A stretch of DNA of 64,000 nt, from contig CAZEXI010000005.1 in assembly GCA_964516805.1 (NCBI GenBank), positions 1,556 to 65,555 on the forward strand, in the 5' to 3' direction. Shown piece by piece: positions 53,881 through 64,000 of the stretch. The notes under the pieces are model-generated. The model was not told the DNA's origin, did not search any database, and worked only from the letters and a program-made list of their open reading frames with translations. The position numbers and the translations under genes are program-made. How positions within the stretch are numbered: the stretch's first letter is position 1; every line of letters begins with the position of its first letter. Origin of the DNA: an uncultured Thermoplasmata archaeon. Its GTDB lineage: Archaea; Thermoplasmatota; Thermoplasmata; Halarchaeoplasmatales; Halarchaeoplasmataceae.

Positions 53881-55281
53881 ATGTTACCGTTCAAAGAAGT
53901 TGCGATCGCAGATAGAAACTCAGAGTTCAGAGGGGTTCCTCCGATAGAGTTGATGGAAAATGCTGGAAAAGGACTGGCAGAAGTTATTTACGAAAGATAT
54001 CCTGAACAAAAAGTTTTGTTTATCTGTGGTACTGGTAATAACGGTGGTGACGCTTATGTTGCAGCAAGATATCTAACTGAAAAGATAGGTGCAGACAAAA
54101 TAACTGTCTTTTTGATAAAGGGTGAAGAAAATATCAGAAGTGATATTTCTAGAAAAAATTTTGAAAAACTAAAATGTGAGATCGTTGAGGAATTGGATTG
54201 GAAAAGATATGATGATTATCTTTTGGTCGATGCTCTTCTTGGAACCGGCATCAAAGGAAAGATAAGAGAACCTTATAGAGAAGTGATGAAAAATATCAAC
54301 AACAGTGGGAGTCCGATAGTTTCAGTAGATGTTCCTTCTGGCCTGAGTGCTGATCTACAGGTCAAACCTGATCTAACTGTAACATTCCATGATGCAAAGA
54401 TCGGTATGAACGAAGAGAATTGTGGGGATATAATAATCAAAGATATTGGAATCCCAAAGAAAGCATTAGAATATACTGGACCTGGTGAGATGTTGCTGTA
54501 TCCAAAACCTAAAAAGGATTCTCATAAAGGTGATAATGGTAATTTATTGATAGTTGGCGGTGGACCATATACAGGGGCACCAGCTTTAGCAGCGAAAGCA
54601 GCTTTTAGAACTGGAGCTGATCTAGTTCATCTAGCTGTGCCCAGCGATATCAAGGATATCGTAGCAAGTTATTCTGAAAGCTTTATCGTGCATCATCTAG
54701 AAGGAAATAAAATAAAGAAAAGTCATAAAGAGACTATTTTAGAAATCGCTAAAAGATGTGATGCAGCTGTTATAGGACCAGGACTTGGTGATGAAGAAAA
54801 TACACTGAAAACTGTAAAACTGCTGACAGAACAGCTAGACATCCCTATATTGATAGATGCAGACGGCTTGAAAGCTGTGAGTAAATATGATATTGAATTT
54901 GAAAATTATGGTATATTAACTCCACATATGGGTGAATTCATGAAACTATGTGATGAAGGAGAGTTTCCAGAAAATGCAGTGGAATATTCTAATGGGCATA
55001 AAGTGAGCTTAGTAGTCAAGGGTAAGGAAGATTTTATTACAGACGGAATTCGAAAAAAATGGAATGATTTTGGTACTCCTGCGATGACAGTGGGTGGAAC
55101 AGGTGATACTTTATCTGGTGTTATCGGAGCACTGCTCTCTAAGGGTCTCGAACCATATGATGCAGGAAGATTGGGAAGTTATATAACATGCAGAGCGGGT
55201 GAGAAAGCCTTTGAGAGTAAAAAATGGGGATTGATGCCAGAAGATATCGCTGAAAATATCCCAAATATACTAAAGGGATAG
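53881..55281 (+). CDS. nnr: bifunctional NAD(P)H-hydrate repair enzyme (epimerase + ADP-dependent dehydratase)
   Basis: 466 aa. The YjeF_N part has CGTGNNGGDAYVAARYL and the C-terminal kinase-fold part has GGTGDTLSGVIGALL. Confidence 0.9.
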   Translation: MLPFKEVAIADRNSEFRGVPPIELMENAGKGLAEVIYERYPEQKVLFICGTGNNGGDAYVAARYLTEKIGADKITVFLIKGEENIRSDISRKNFEKLKCEIVEELDWKRYDDYLLVDALLGTGIKGKIREPYREVMKNINNSGSPIVSVDVPSGLSADLQVKPDLTVTFHDAKIGMNEENCGDIIIKDIGIPKKALEYTGPGEMLLYPKPKKDSHKGDNGNLLIVGGGPYTGAPALAAKAAFRTGADLVHLAVPSDIKDIVASYSESFIVHHLEGNKIKKSHKETILEIAKRCDAAVIGPGLGDEENTLKTVKLLTEQLDIPILIDADGLKAVSKYDIEFENYGILTPHMGEFMKLCDEGEFPENAVEYSNGHKVSLVVKGKEDFITDGIRKKWNDFGTPAMTVGGTGDTLSGVIGALLSKGLEPYDAGRLGSYITCRAGEKAFESKKWGLMPEDIAENIPNILKG

Positions 55282-55314
55282 AAAAATTAATTAAATATAT
55301 CTCATATACAACAG

Positions 55315-55731
55315 TTGGCGATAATTTTGAGTAGAAAGGACTTAGAGGATTCACTAAAAAGGCTTATCAAGAAGCCAGGGATAAGGTACTGCTCAATCGT
55401 CAAAATGAACGGGAACCTTATCGATTTTGAGGGTGAAATACGCAACATGAGCTTAGATACTTACAGTGCAATGTCAGCGACCATTTATGGTGCTGGTAAG
55501 ACTGCAAATGATCATATAAATACAGATGAACCTCACAACATCGTAATAAATGACGGTGGAGGCAGAACCATAATCGAGGGGGTTGGACGTTCACACATAA
55601 TAGTGGTAAGAGCAGAAGATGATGTTGAATTGAATAAACTTCTATCAGAGATAGAAGAGGAGACTGAATTCCTCTCAGAAAATTGGTTAAGAGGACATGT
55701 TATCTCCTCTCTCAAGGACAAGTATGGATGA
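55315..55731 (+). CDS. Roadblock/LC7 (MglB-like) domain protein
   Basis: 138 aa with GIRYCSIVKMNGNLIDFEG...YSAMSATIYGAG...IIVVRAED, typical of Roadblock. The C-terminal tail is EFLSENWLRGHVISSLKDKY. Confidence 0.65.
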   Translation: MAIILSRKDLEDSLKRLIKKPGIRYCSIVKMNGNLIDFEGEIRNMSLDTYSAMSATIYGAGKTANDHINTDEPHNIVINDGGGRTIIEGVGRSHIIVVRAEDDVELNKLLSEIEEETEFLSENWLRGHVISSLKDKYG

Positions 55732-55825
55732 CTTACCAGTAATATCGAAGTATCTTTTCCAATTTTTATCTTTATATTGATAGAAAACTTAATTTATTAT
55801 GTTCCTGTTAGTTTAATTTAAGCGA

Positions 55826-56209
55826 TTGCAGGAGGAAGACTTAATGAATAAAGATATACTATTAAAACCGTTAAAGAAAATATGTTCTAACTCGCAAGTT
55901 GAAATTTGTTGTATAGTAAAAACAAACGGAGATGTATCAGCCAGTGTAGGTGATGTAGATACTTTAGAATTAGAGACTTTTGGTATAATGTCAGCAACTA
56001 TCTTTGGCGCAGCTTCTACATCTAACGAACAACTGAAGAAAAAAGAACCTGATCGAATATTTATAGAATCACCGGATGGATATACTTCAGTTATAAATCT
56101 ATCTAAAGATCATCTTTTAGTTATCAGAACTAAATCAAACTTTGATATTAGAAAAATTGATAAAAAATTTAGTAAAAATATAGATGAGATAAAAAATAAT
56201 TTGAAGTGA
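55826..56209 (+). CDS. Roadblock/LC7 (MglB-like) domain protein
   Basis: 127 aa with VEICCIVKTNGDVSASVG...FGIMSATIFGAA...LLVIRTKS. It is a paralogue of the preceding gene. Confidence 0.6.
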   Translation: MQEEDLMNKDILLKPLKKICSNSQVEICCIVKTNGDVSASVGDVDTLELETFGIMSATIFGAASTSNEQLKKKEPDRIFIESPDGYTSVINLSKDHLLVIRTKSNFDIRKIDKKFSKNIDEIKNNLK

Positions 56210-57744
56210 TAATAATGAAATATTTACAGCTTCCTGAAGAATTGAATAATTTCTTCGATGGAGTGATGGGAAGATCCTTGATGATCAAAGGTAATGCGGG
56301 GACTGGTAAAACTATAATGAGTTTAAGTGTAATAGAGAAGATAGGGACTCTCGATAATTCGTTTTATCTTTCTACCAGGGTAACTAATGAAGCTTTGTAC
56401 AGCCAGTTCAATTGGTTAGAAGAGAAAGACTGGAGATCAAGTTTGATGGACGCTAGTATGGATTTTCTTAAATCTATATCAAAAGAAAAAAAGGTCTCAT
56501 ATGAATTCAAAGCACGTAAATCAGAGGAATTGGATAAACTGGATAAAGCCAGGGATGTCCTCAAAGAGATGAGAGGGAAGGAAGAAGTTGACAAACAATT
56601 ACCTGAACATATAAGCAGAACCATGCTCGTTTCTTTGGAGAAAGAGAATAAGATAACAGAGCTTGAAGAACTTTATGATAAAGTTGAAGGACGGCTACCC
56701 GAAAATTCATTCGTGGTAATAGATAGTATAGAGGCCATTGTAGAACGATATGATATCGATGCTAAACAACTGATAAAAACATTACAAAAAGACCTGGTTG
56801 AATGGTCAGGAGTCAAATTGATTCTGATCTCAGAGAAAAAGGAATCTATCGAATGGGATTACCTTGTTGATGGAGTCGTCACCTTAAATGAAGAAGAGTT
56901 CAAAGGAAGGCGATTTAGAAATATGTATTTGAACAAATTAAGGGGTGTTCGAATTGAAAGACCTTCCTACTTATTCAGTTTGGAGAATGGAAAATTCCAA
57001 TACTTCCCTCCTATTACATATCATACCAAGAAACCCATGCTACAACCAAATACAATACAGGAAGAAGACATAGAGGATCTACCCTCATCAGATGATGATT
57101 TTTATTCCTCTGGATCACGTAAATTAGATGAGATACTCAATGGTGGATATCCTAAAAATTCCATCGTATTGATAGAAGTTGATGATACTGTTCCTTTCTA
57201 CGGCCAAATGAATATTTTAGGCCTTGTAGGTAGAAACTTTTTGGTCCACGGAAACGGAGTTTTGAATATTTCTTCTGAAGCAAGACGTCCAGATAAAAGA
57301 GATATTTGCTCATGGTTCCGTGAGATGGTGCCAAATATCGGTGAAAAAGCTTGTCAAAATTTCAAGATCAAAGGTACCACAAGTCTAGAGAACCTCTCAG
57401 AAGCGTATAAAGAGGTTAAATATTTTGCTAATGAACCTATTCTTACAGTAACAAATTGGGAAGGTGTAGAGCATTCGGTCGCAAAACGTGAAGGCGAGAT
57501 TCCTAAAATAGCTAATAGATTGTTAGATCTGATGTCTACACACAGCGATTTAAATATTGGAATCGTTAGACCAGGCCTAGAGATCACACAAAAATTAAGG
57601 AATATTGCAGAAGTACATCTTAAATTGGTGACCAAACACAATACATTACTTATGTATGGTGAAAAACCGAACACTGTGATATACAACGTAAACATAAAAG
57701 AAGGAGAAAGGGGAGCTGAAGTGGTATTTGATCCTTTGGTCTGA
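56206..57744 (+). CDS. two-domain KaiC/RecA-superfamily ATPase (second domain lacks P-loop)
   Basis: 512 aa. Domain 1 has Walker A GNAGTGKT, Walker B SFVVIDSIE and the KaiC-like LNKLRGVRIERPSYLFSLENGKF. Domain 2 has LDEILNGGYPKNSIVLIEVDDTVPFYG where a P-loop is expected. The likely ATG is at 56215, 6 nt after the upstream stop. Confidence 0.75.
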   Translation: MIIMKYLQLPEELNNFFDGVMGRSLMIKGNAGTGKTIMSLSVIEKIGTLDNSFYLSTRVTNEALYSQFNWLEEKDWRSSLMDASMDFLKSISKEKKVSYEFKARKSEELDKLDKARDVLKEMRGKEEVDKQLPEHISRTMLVSLEKENKITELEELYDKVEGRLPENSFVVIDSIEAIVERYDIDAKQLIKTLQKDLVEWSGVKLILISEKKESIEWDYLVDGVVTLNEEEFKGRRFRNMYLNKLRGVRIERPSYLFSLENGKFQYFPPITYHTKKPMLQPNTIQEEDIEDLPSSDDDFYSSGSRKLDEILNGGYPKNSIVLIEVDDTVPFYGQMNILGLVGRNFLVHGNGVLNISSEARRPDKRDICSWFREMVPNIGEKACQNFKIKGTTSLENLSEAYKEVKYFANEPILTVTNWEGVEHSVAKREGEIPKIANRLLDLMSTHSDLNIGIVRPGLEITQKLRNIAEVHLKLVTKHNTLLMYGEKPNTVIYNVNIKEGERGAEVVFDPLV

Positions 57745-57817
57745 TTTATATAAAATCATTCTTAAAACTAAAGTTTTATAGTCAAGTCCATATTAACCCA
57801 ATTAAAGGTGTAATAAT

Positions 57818-59461
57818 ATGGTCGATATTAAAGCTCCAAGAGGTACAGAATTAAATTGTAAGGGATGGAAACAGGAAGCGATGTTAAGGCAGCTTAAGAA
57901 TAATCTAGAAAATGCGGAAGATCCAGATAATTTGATCGTATATGGTGGATCTGGTAAAGCTGCTAGAAATTGGGAATGTTATGAGAAAATTGTAGAGGCC
58001 TTAAAGCAATTAGAAGATGATGAAACTTTGATGATCCAAAGCGGTAAGCCAGTAGGTGTTTTTAAAACATTTGAAAGAGCTCCTAGAGTCATTATAGCAA
58101 ATTCAAACATCGTGCCTAAATGGTCTACCTGGGATAAATACTACGAGTTGGAAGATCTAGGATTGATGATGTATGGTCAGATGACCGCTGGAAGCTGGTG
58201 TTATATCGGAACACAAGGTATCATCCAAGGTACGTACGAGACTTTTGCAGCACTTGCTCGAAAACATTTCGATGGGACGTTAGAAGGTAAGCTTTGTTTA
58301 AGTGGTGGTCTCGGAGGAATGGGTGGTGCACAGCCATTGGCTATAAAGATGAATGGCGGTGTTGCACTTGTTGTTGAGATCAACCCAGAGATGGCACAAA
58401 AGAGATTAGATAATGGTTACTGCGATGTTATTGTAGAAGACCTAGATGAAGCTCTAGACCTAGCCCTAGAAGCTAAGGAAAATGGCGAGGCAAAATCTAT
58501 CGGATTGATAGGAAATACTGCTGAAACACATCCTAAAATATTAGAAAAAGGTATCATACCAGATGTAGTAACAGACCAAACAAGTGCTCACGATTCGATG
58601 ACTTATTTCCCTAAGGGACTAAGTTATGAAGAAGGACTTGAACTGAGAGAGAACGATCCTGAAGAATTCAAGAAAAGAGCGATGGAATCGATGAAGCTTC
58701 ATTGTGAAACCATGGTAAAGATGCAGGAAGAAGGTGCTATCGCGTTCGATTATGGTAACAATTTGAGAGGACAGGCTAAAGACGCTGGTTTCGATGATGC
58801 ATTCTCTTATCCTGGTTTCGTTCCTGCCTACATAAGACCTATGTTCTGTGAAGGAAGAGGACCATTCAGATGGATGGCATTGTCTGGTGACCCTGAAGAC
58901 ATATTGAAAACGGATGAAGTTGTGAAAGAGTTATTCCCAGAAAACGAACAGCTTAAGAATTGGATCGATCTAGCAGAAGAACACCTTCCATGGGAAGGAT
59001 TGCCTGCAAGAGTATGCTGGTTAGGATACGGAGAACGCCATAAATTTGCCAAGAAGATAAATGAGATGGTAGCCAGCGGAGAGATATCTGCACCGATATC
59101 TATCACAAGGGATCATCTAGACGCAGGTAGTGTTGCCAGTCCAAACAGAGAAACTGAAAGTATGAAAGATGGAAGTGATGCTGTAGCAGATTGGCCTTTA
59201 CTGAACGCGATGATGAATATCAGTGCTGGAGCAGACAGTGTTTCGATCCACAACGGTGGTGGAGTCGGTATTGGCCTATCTACACACGCAGGGATGGTCG
59301 TTGTCGCTGATGGTTCTAAAGAGGCTGAAGAAAACATCGAGAGAGTATTTAAGACAGATCCTGGCTCCGGTGTAGTAAGACATGCCGATGCAGGATATGA
59401 AAAGGCTATCGAATTTGCTAAGGAACAGGATATAAAGATGCCTATGCTCGAAGACGAGTAA
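57818..59461 (+). CDS. hutU: urocanate hydratase
   Basis: 547 aa with full-length similarity to HutU as I recognise it ([48 protein letters not shown]). Confidence 0.95.
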   Translation: MVDIKAPRGTELNCKGWKQEAMLRQLKNNLENAEDPDNLIVYGGSGKAARNWECYEKIVEALKQLEDDETLMIQSGKPVGVFKTFERAPRVIIANSNIVPKWSTWDKYYELEDLGLMMYGQMTAGSWCYIGTQGIIQGTYETFAALARKHFDGTLEGKLCLSGGLGGMGGAQPLAIKMNGGVALVVEINPEMAQKRLDNGYCDVIVEDLDEALDLALEAKENGEAKSIGLIGNTAETHPKILEKGIIPDVVTDQTSAHDSMTYFPKGLSYEEGLELRENDPEEFKKRAMESMKLHCETMVKMQEEGAIAFDYGNNLRGQAKDAGFDDAFSYPGFVPAYIRPMFCEGRGPFRWMALSGDPEDILKTDEVVKELFPENEQLKNWIDLAEEHLPWEGLPARVCWLGYGERHKFAKKINEMVASGEISAPISITRDHLDAGSVASPNRETESMKDGSDAVADWPLLNAMMNISAGADSVSIHNGGGVGIGLSTHAGMVVVADGSKEAEENIERVFKTDPGSGVVRHADAGYEKAIEFAKEQDIKMPMLEDE

Positions 59462-59528
59462 AAACTATTCTTCTTTTTTTCATTTCTTTGGAAAGGTTTA
59501 ATATAATCAATTTCTAGTCTGATGATCG

Positions 59529-60404
59529 ATGAGCGAAGAATTTACTGTAGAGAAGATCACACATGATGATAAGGAAGAAGTTCTCGAATTATCTTCTCAT
59601 ATATGGGAAGGTCATGATTACATCCCAGGAGTATTTGATGAATGGGTAGAAGATGGTGGTTTCTACTGTGGAAAATTAGACGGAAAGATCATTGCGGTAG
59701 ATAAATTTACAGACCAAGGAGATGGAGTTATCTGGTTAGAAGGACTGAGAGTTCATCCTGAATATCAGGGTAAAGGTTATGCTACCAAGATGGTAAACGG
59801 TCTGATGGAAAAGGTGAACGAACTCGATTACACTACTCTAAGATTCATGACGACTGCGAGTAAAGAGCCAGTTAAAAAGATGGCTGATGATAGAGGCTTC
59901 GATATTAAGCAGGTCTACAAGTATCTATTGATGGATAAAGAAAGATTATCAGAAATGGAAAAAAATGACCTACCTGAAGTAGAAAGAGCTAGAGTTGAGA
60001 ATTTAGATGATATCATGGATATGATCTACAGTTCAGACGAATACAGAGATAATAAGAATCAATATATGGCTCACTGGACTACATATGATATTACAGATGA
60101 TCTGATAAAAGAAGAGATAGAGAAAGGGAACGGATATACGATAAAAGAAAATGGAAATTTAAAAGCTGTAATCTTCTTTTATTACTATGAAGCACATGAT
60201 ACCCTAAGTATACCTCTCGCTGTTGGAGATAAAAATAAGATAGTAAAATTGATTAAAAAAGGAATATATCTTTGTTTAAACAACGATTATTCAAGCTATA
60301 CAATAAAGACAGCATCTGAAATGATTATAGATTGTTCTAAAAAGGCAGGTATGGAGCCTTCAGACCACTATGAAGTACTGCTTTTCGAAAAAAAGAAAAA
60401 TTAG
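59529..60404 (+). CDS. GNAT-family N-acetyltransferase with C-terminal extension
   Basis: 291 aa. The N-terminal GNAT has LEGLRVHPEYQGKGYATKMV (motif A). The WEGHDYIPGVFDEWV motif is reminiscent of the histidine N-acetyltransferase-like subfamily; this is from memory and unverified. Confidence 0.6.
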   Translation: MSEEFTVEKITHDDKEEVLELSSHIWEGHDYIPGVFDEWVEDGGFYCGKLDGKIIAVDKFTDQGDGVIWLEGLRVHPEYQGKGYATKMVNGLMEKVNELDYTTLRFMTTASKEPVKKMADDRGFDIKQVYKYLLMDKERLSEMEKNDLPEVERARVENLDDIMDMIYSSDEYRDNKNQYMAHWTTYDITDDLIKEEIEKGNGYTIKENGNLKAVIFFYYYEAHDTLSIPLAVGDKNKIVKLIKKGIYLCLNNDYSSYTIKTASEMIIDCSKKAGMEPSDHYEVLLFEKKKN

Positions 60405-60446
60405 AGATTTTTTTATTTAACTTTTTTAAAAAGTAGAAAAAAAGGT

Positions 60447-63338
60447 TTAATCGAACCGCAGTGCTTCAGCAGGTGCGACCTTACTAGCTTTTCTAGCACT
60501 TGGTATAGCTGTTAGAAGCATAGTGAAGTACGCCAATAGTGCAATTATCACTATTCTGGACCAAGGGATTGCGAATTCCCAACCCATTGGTTTGAAACCA
60601 TCTTCCCAAAGTACCCAGCCTATTCCGATTCCTAAAACGGTTCCGAGAATTATTCCTGTTAAGGTTATGAATGAATTCTCTATAAGGAATGCGTAAGATA
60701 TCATCCTTCTCTTGAAACCGATGGCTCTCATCATACCTATCTCTAATCTTCTTTCGTGCACTGCTCTTAGACTGATTATACCCAATCCTGCGATACCTAC
60801 TATAAGTCCAAGACCCATATAACCACTGAAAAGATCAAAGAACATGAACTGTGCATTCATACTCTCTCTGATTATAGTCCCAATGACGATGGGTTGAAAT
60901 CCGTTCTCTACAAATTCCTTTTTCAGCTCATTACCTACTTCATCTGCATCAACGCTATCTTTAGTATCCAAAAAGAACAATGTATTGGAAGTGATGTTGA
61001 ATTCATCTTCAGTAGTACTCTTAGACATGAAAAGTCCATTTATGACGCTCTGATCCATGAAACCAATTATCTTCTTCTGAACAGGACCACTTTCAGTGAT
61101 CAAAGTAACCGTGTCACCTAATTGGTCACCAGCACCCATTGGAGCAGTAAATTGAGACCCTTGGTTTTGAGTTATTACAAGTGATGAATTACTCATCACT
61201 GCGTCCCAGACTTCTTCTTCTGAATTATATTCATCCAGATGGTCTGATATTCCAAAGGTACTATTATCTATGAAATTTCGGTCAATTCCTATTATCGAAC
61301 GCCGTTGATTTCTGCCTTCAATCGTTTTATTGGTGGGAACCATACCTCTATAAGCTGAATCTATATGCTCAAAATCATTTGCACTTAGATTTTGACTGGC
61401 AGTTATATTCGCTTCTATATTATCGATCGGGCTGTTCACGTTTCCAACACCGATTATATCGTAACCACCAGATTCTTCAGCGATCATCTTATCTATATTA
61501 TGGTCGAATATACCAACTATCATACCCATTACAGTTATAGCAAATATGATCAGAGCAAATATGAAGATGGTCATACCAGTTCTAAATCTTTCTTTCATAG
61601 GATGTGAAACTGCAGACAGAATAACTGCTTTGAATCCTTTAGCAGAACCTACCATCTTTTCCATCCCCTTTGTGATCATAGAACCGTTGAGCATTATCAC
61701 CAATACACCAGCCGTAACAGAAAACAGACCAGAAAGAATGAACATCTCTAGATCGGAAGTATACCCTTCAAAGAATGGTAATACTGATGAAGGCGCCATC
61801 CACCATATCAGCAGAAATATACCTACTCCTGTGTAAGCTATCCTATCTCCTACCCACCGTCTAATTACAGTACCGATTCCAATGATTATCAATGATATCC
61901 CTGTTACTGGTAGCCATAGTTGCTTCATCGACATCCCAGCAAAAGTCATCAATCCACCTATTATCAGTCCAGCAATAGATGCATAGAGAATCTTTTTACT
62001 TTTCTTTGAAACAGGTGGTTCAGGTATTTCCCTGATAGCTCTAACTATATTTAATTTTGATATCCTTGTTACAGAGAAAATTATTGTGACCATGGTTAAA
62101 AGGAAACCAGCACTGAACGCCAATATCAAACTACTAGTTTCGATTCCAAAATATGAAAGTAAAGACATATCTCCTCCAAAGATCGAGAAGATATCTTCCA
62201 TGAAGAAAAATATCACATACGTTAAACCTACGCCTACTAAAGCACCTATAAACGATGAACCTAATGAGTAAAACAATCCTTCATAAGAGAACACTCTCCT
62301 TAGATGACCTCTTTTCATCCCGATGGCTCTGCTCATACCCATCTCTGACTTTCTTTCTTCACCCAGCATAACAAAGATATTGATAGCTAGGATGATACCG
62401 GCCACTATAGCAAAGGAACCGAATATGATGAACATATCAGAAAAAGCAGATATGTTCTGTTTGAAATCTTTTAAACTTTGTTTTTTATTTCCTTTGACTT
62501 CTAGATCACTGTACTCAGGATTATCCTTAATGATCTGTTCGATATCGTCAGCTATCTGTTGGCTGTGTTTGGTTCCCTCCTCTACACCTCCTACTGAAGT
62601 TACCCTTATGTAATTGATCTTATTGGTCAGGTTGAAGGCATTCTGAGATTCTTCAAGAGACATTATCATTTTATTGGATCCACCAAATGCAGCTCTGCCC
62701 TTATTTTCAATCACATCTTTAACTCTGTAATCTTTAATCCTTTTAGAAGTCGCATAAAGCCTTACTTTATCTCCTTTTTTAGCGCCTAAGTTATCTGATA
62801 GACCCTCATCGATATACACCTCTCCAGATGATAGTGAAGGTTCGATTTCATCACCATCTTTATAGAAGGGACCAAAACCGCTTTTTGATGTAAAGTTCAT
62901 ACCTATAACTTTAGTACTGGGCTCAGAAAGATCATTCTCCATATTCTTTAACGGAGCTGAAGCATGTATCTCACCTGATATCCCTCCAACATTGTTTACA
63001 GACTCGATATCGGATTTGAAGTCGGAAAAAGTTTTGTTGCTGATAGGTTTATAATCACCTTCAAAGGTAGTATTGTAGATAGTTACATCGGTTTCCTGCC
63101 ACTCCTTGTAGATCTCTCCTTCAACCATGTTATCCATGGTGTCTCCTACACCAAATGACGAAGATATTATAGCCGTAGCTATCATCAGACCTAGAATAAC
63201 TATAAGCGTGTTCGTTTTTCTCCTAAAGATGTTTCTTAACCCTATTTTAAATAATACTTTGTGTCGAATCGCATCGATGAGTATTATCCCGACTACCACC
63301 GCTATTATTATCAGCAGCGGATTGATCATCTGACTCAA
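60447..63338 (-). CDS. FtsX/MacB-type ABC transporter permease (double FtsX domain)
   Basis: 963 aa with two 4-TM FtsX-like bundles, large extracytoplasmic domains and extra central TM helices. It overlaps the upstream ATPase gene by 4 nt. Confidence 0.8.
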   Translation of the reverse strand: MSQMINPLLIIIAVVVGIILIDAIRHKVLFKIGLRNIFRRKTNTLIVILGLMIATAIISSSFGVGDTMDNMVEGEIYKEWQETDVTIYNTTFEGDYKPISNKTFSDFKSDIESVNNVGGISGEIHASAPLKNMENDLSEPSTKVIGMNFTSKSGFGPFYKDGDEIEPSLSSGEVYIDEGLSDNLGAKKGDKVRLYATSKRIKDYRVKDVIENKGRAAFGGSNKMIMSLEESQNAFNLTNKINYIRVTSVGGVEEGTKHSQQIADDIEQIIKDNPEYSDLEVKGNKKQSLKDFKQNISAFSDMFIIFGSFAIVAGIILAINIFVMLGEERKSEMGMSRAIGMKRGHLRRVFSYEGLFYSLGSSFIGALVGVGLTYVIFFFMEDIFSIFGGDMSLLSYFGIETSSLILAFSAGFLLTMVTIIFSVTRISKLNIVRAIREIPEPPVSKKSKKILYASIAGLIIGGLMTFAGMSMKQLWLPVTGISLIIIGIGTVIRRWVGDRIAYTGVGIFLLIWWMAPSSVLPFFEGYTSDLEMFILSGLFSVTAGVLVIMLNGSMITKGMEKMVGSAKGFKAVILSAVSHPMKERFRTGMTIFIFALIIFAITVMGMIVGIFDHNIDKMIAEESGGYDIIGVGNVNSPIDNIEANITASQNLSANDFEHIDSAYRGMVPTNKTIEGRNQRRSIIGIDRNFIDNSTFGISDHLDEYNSEEEVWDAVMSNSSLVITQNQGSQFTAPMGAGDQLGDTVTLITESGPVQKKIIGFMDQSVINGLFMSKSTTEDEFNITSNTLFFLDTKDSVDADEVGNELKKEFVENGFQPIVIGTIIRESMNAQFMFFDLFSGYMGLGLIVGIAGLGIISLRAVHERRLEIGMMRAIGFKRRMISYAFLIENSFITLTGIILGTVLGIGIGWVLWEDGFKPMGWEFAIPWSRIVIIALLAYFTMLLTAIPSARKASKVAPAEALRFD

Positions 63339-64000
63339 GCCTCCTTCACATGATCCCTTTCGATCACTCCACTTTCCATGTGAAGTGTTCTTTCAGCTCT
63401 ATGAGCTACTCTATCCTCATGAGTTACCAGAACCATAGTGTGTCCGTTCTTGTCATTCAACTTGCACAGTAGATCCATTATCTTTTGTGATGTTTTAGAA
63501 TCGAGATCTCCAGTCGGTTCATCAGCCCATACTATATCTGGTTCATTCACTATAGCACGAGCTATGGTTACACGCTGTCTTTCACCTCCAGATAATGCTG
63601 AAGGTCTGTGTTCTATCCTGTGTCCGAGACCCACCATCTTCAAAGCTTCTTCTGCTTTCTCTCTTGCACCATCTGACTTACCAGCTAGTAAAAGAGGAAG
63701 TTCTACATTTTCAACTGCAGATAGTACTGGAAGAAGATTATAGAACTGAAAAACAAATCCCATATTCAAGGCTCTCATCTCAGTCTTCTCGTTATCTGAT
63801 AAAGATTCAAGGTCTTTTCCACCTATCCATACTTTACCTTTAGAGATATCATCCAATCCAGATAAACAGTTCAACAAAGTTGTCTTTCCACAACCTGAAG
63901 GTCCCATTACTGCGACCATCTCTCCTTTATTAATCGATAGATTCACTCCTCGCAGAGCGTGAACTCTTACTTCTCCTTCGTAAAACTTATGCAGTCCTTT
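63335..64000 (-). CDS. ABC transporter ATP-binding protein (MacB/LolD-type), 5' end outside window
   Basis: Walker [10 protein letters not shown], signature [15 protein letters not shown], Walker [12 protein letters not shown]. The reading frame stays open to the window edge ([19 protein letters not shown]...). Confidence 0.9.
   Translation of the reverse strand, partial: KGLHKFYEGEVRVHALRGVNLSINKGEMVAVMGPSGCGKTTLLNCLSGLDDISKGKVWIGGKDLESLSDNEKTEMRALNMGFVFQFYNLLPVLSAVENVELPLLLAGKSDGAREKAEEALKMVGLGHRIEHRPSALSGGERQRVTIARAIVNEPDIVWADEPTGDLDSKTSQKIMDLLCKLNDKNGHTMVLVTHEDRVAHRAERTLHMESGVIERDHVKEA

Noticed and set aside
161-63843. Other short nested or antisense ORFs in the track (e.g. 161..514, 1478..1690, 3184..3378, 6189..7130, 7824..8087, 12175..12444, 13172..13483, 17209..17415, 17728..18054, 18761..19863, 21597..22905, 23161..23457, 24073..24369, 43126..43890, 58201..59337, 60894..63333, 63438..63843)
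   Set aside because: Each lies inside or opposite a longer ORF with clear family motifs. Their sequences are low-complexity or hydrophobic nonsense with no recognisable motif.
1-64000. tRNA, rRNA, other structured RNA genes, and mobile elements (IS, integrase, prophage)
   Set aside because: I scanned the intergenic regions by eye. The largest are 30652-31102, 32749-33031, 21130-21328 and 48868-49031. I found no tRNA-like T-arm/acceptor patterns, no rRNA-like segments, no terminal inverted repeats and no transposase or integrase ORFs. A covariance-model scan would be needed to exclude small ncRNAs.

Overview
AT-rich, gene-dense chromosomal segment that looks archaeal (euryarchaeal type). Supporting markers are a CDC48/VCP with a C-terminal HbYX-like tail, a PAC2 proteasome chaperone, DUF1616, MtrA/MtrH homologues, receiver-first histidine kinases with an LLRHDLKNK H-box, TATA-like AT boxes, and many acidic proteins. 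I support about 55 CDS. I saw no rRNA, tRNA, CRISPR array, transposase or integrase. TAG, TAA and TGA are all used as ordinary stops. Beyond housekeeping genes (HtrA, S2P/M50, Nnr, HisC, HutU, three ABC exporters, several GNATs), five blocks deserve attention. (1) 9.4-25 kb: metF-like, soluble mtrA-like, mtrH-like, a core MetE, an ACT regulator and a DUF4346-like gene are interleaved with four paralogous REC-first hybrid histidine kinases. One kinase carries five GAF domains and sits between mtrA and mtrH. (2) 45.1-50.9 kb: a divergent pair of paralogous, extremely E/K/R-rich coiled-coil proteins (1250 aa and 620 aa) lies next to CDC48. The shorter one has a PATAN/DUF4388-like N-terminal domain. 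(3) 55.3-57.7 kb: two Roadblock/LC7 genes are tightly coupled to a two-domain KaiC-like ATPase whose second P-loop is degenerate. A third Roadblock paralogue at 4.7 kb shares a family-specific C-terminal tail. (4) 33.6-40.6 kb: a convergent DUF1616 / DUF58(vWA) / MoxR / DUF4350 / DUF4129-type envelope cluster. (5) Small anomalies: a HAD hydrolase with an in-frame TAG, a kinase whose expected ATG reads ACG, and a small ORF split at an A7 run. All functional calls come from motif recognition by eye; no database search was run.
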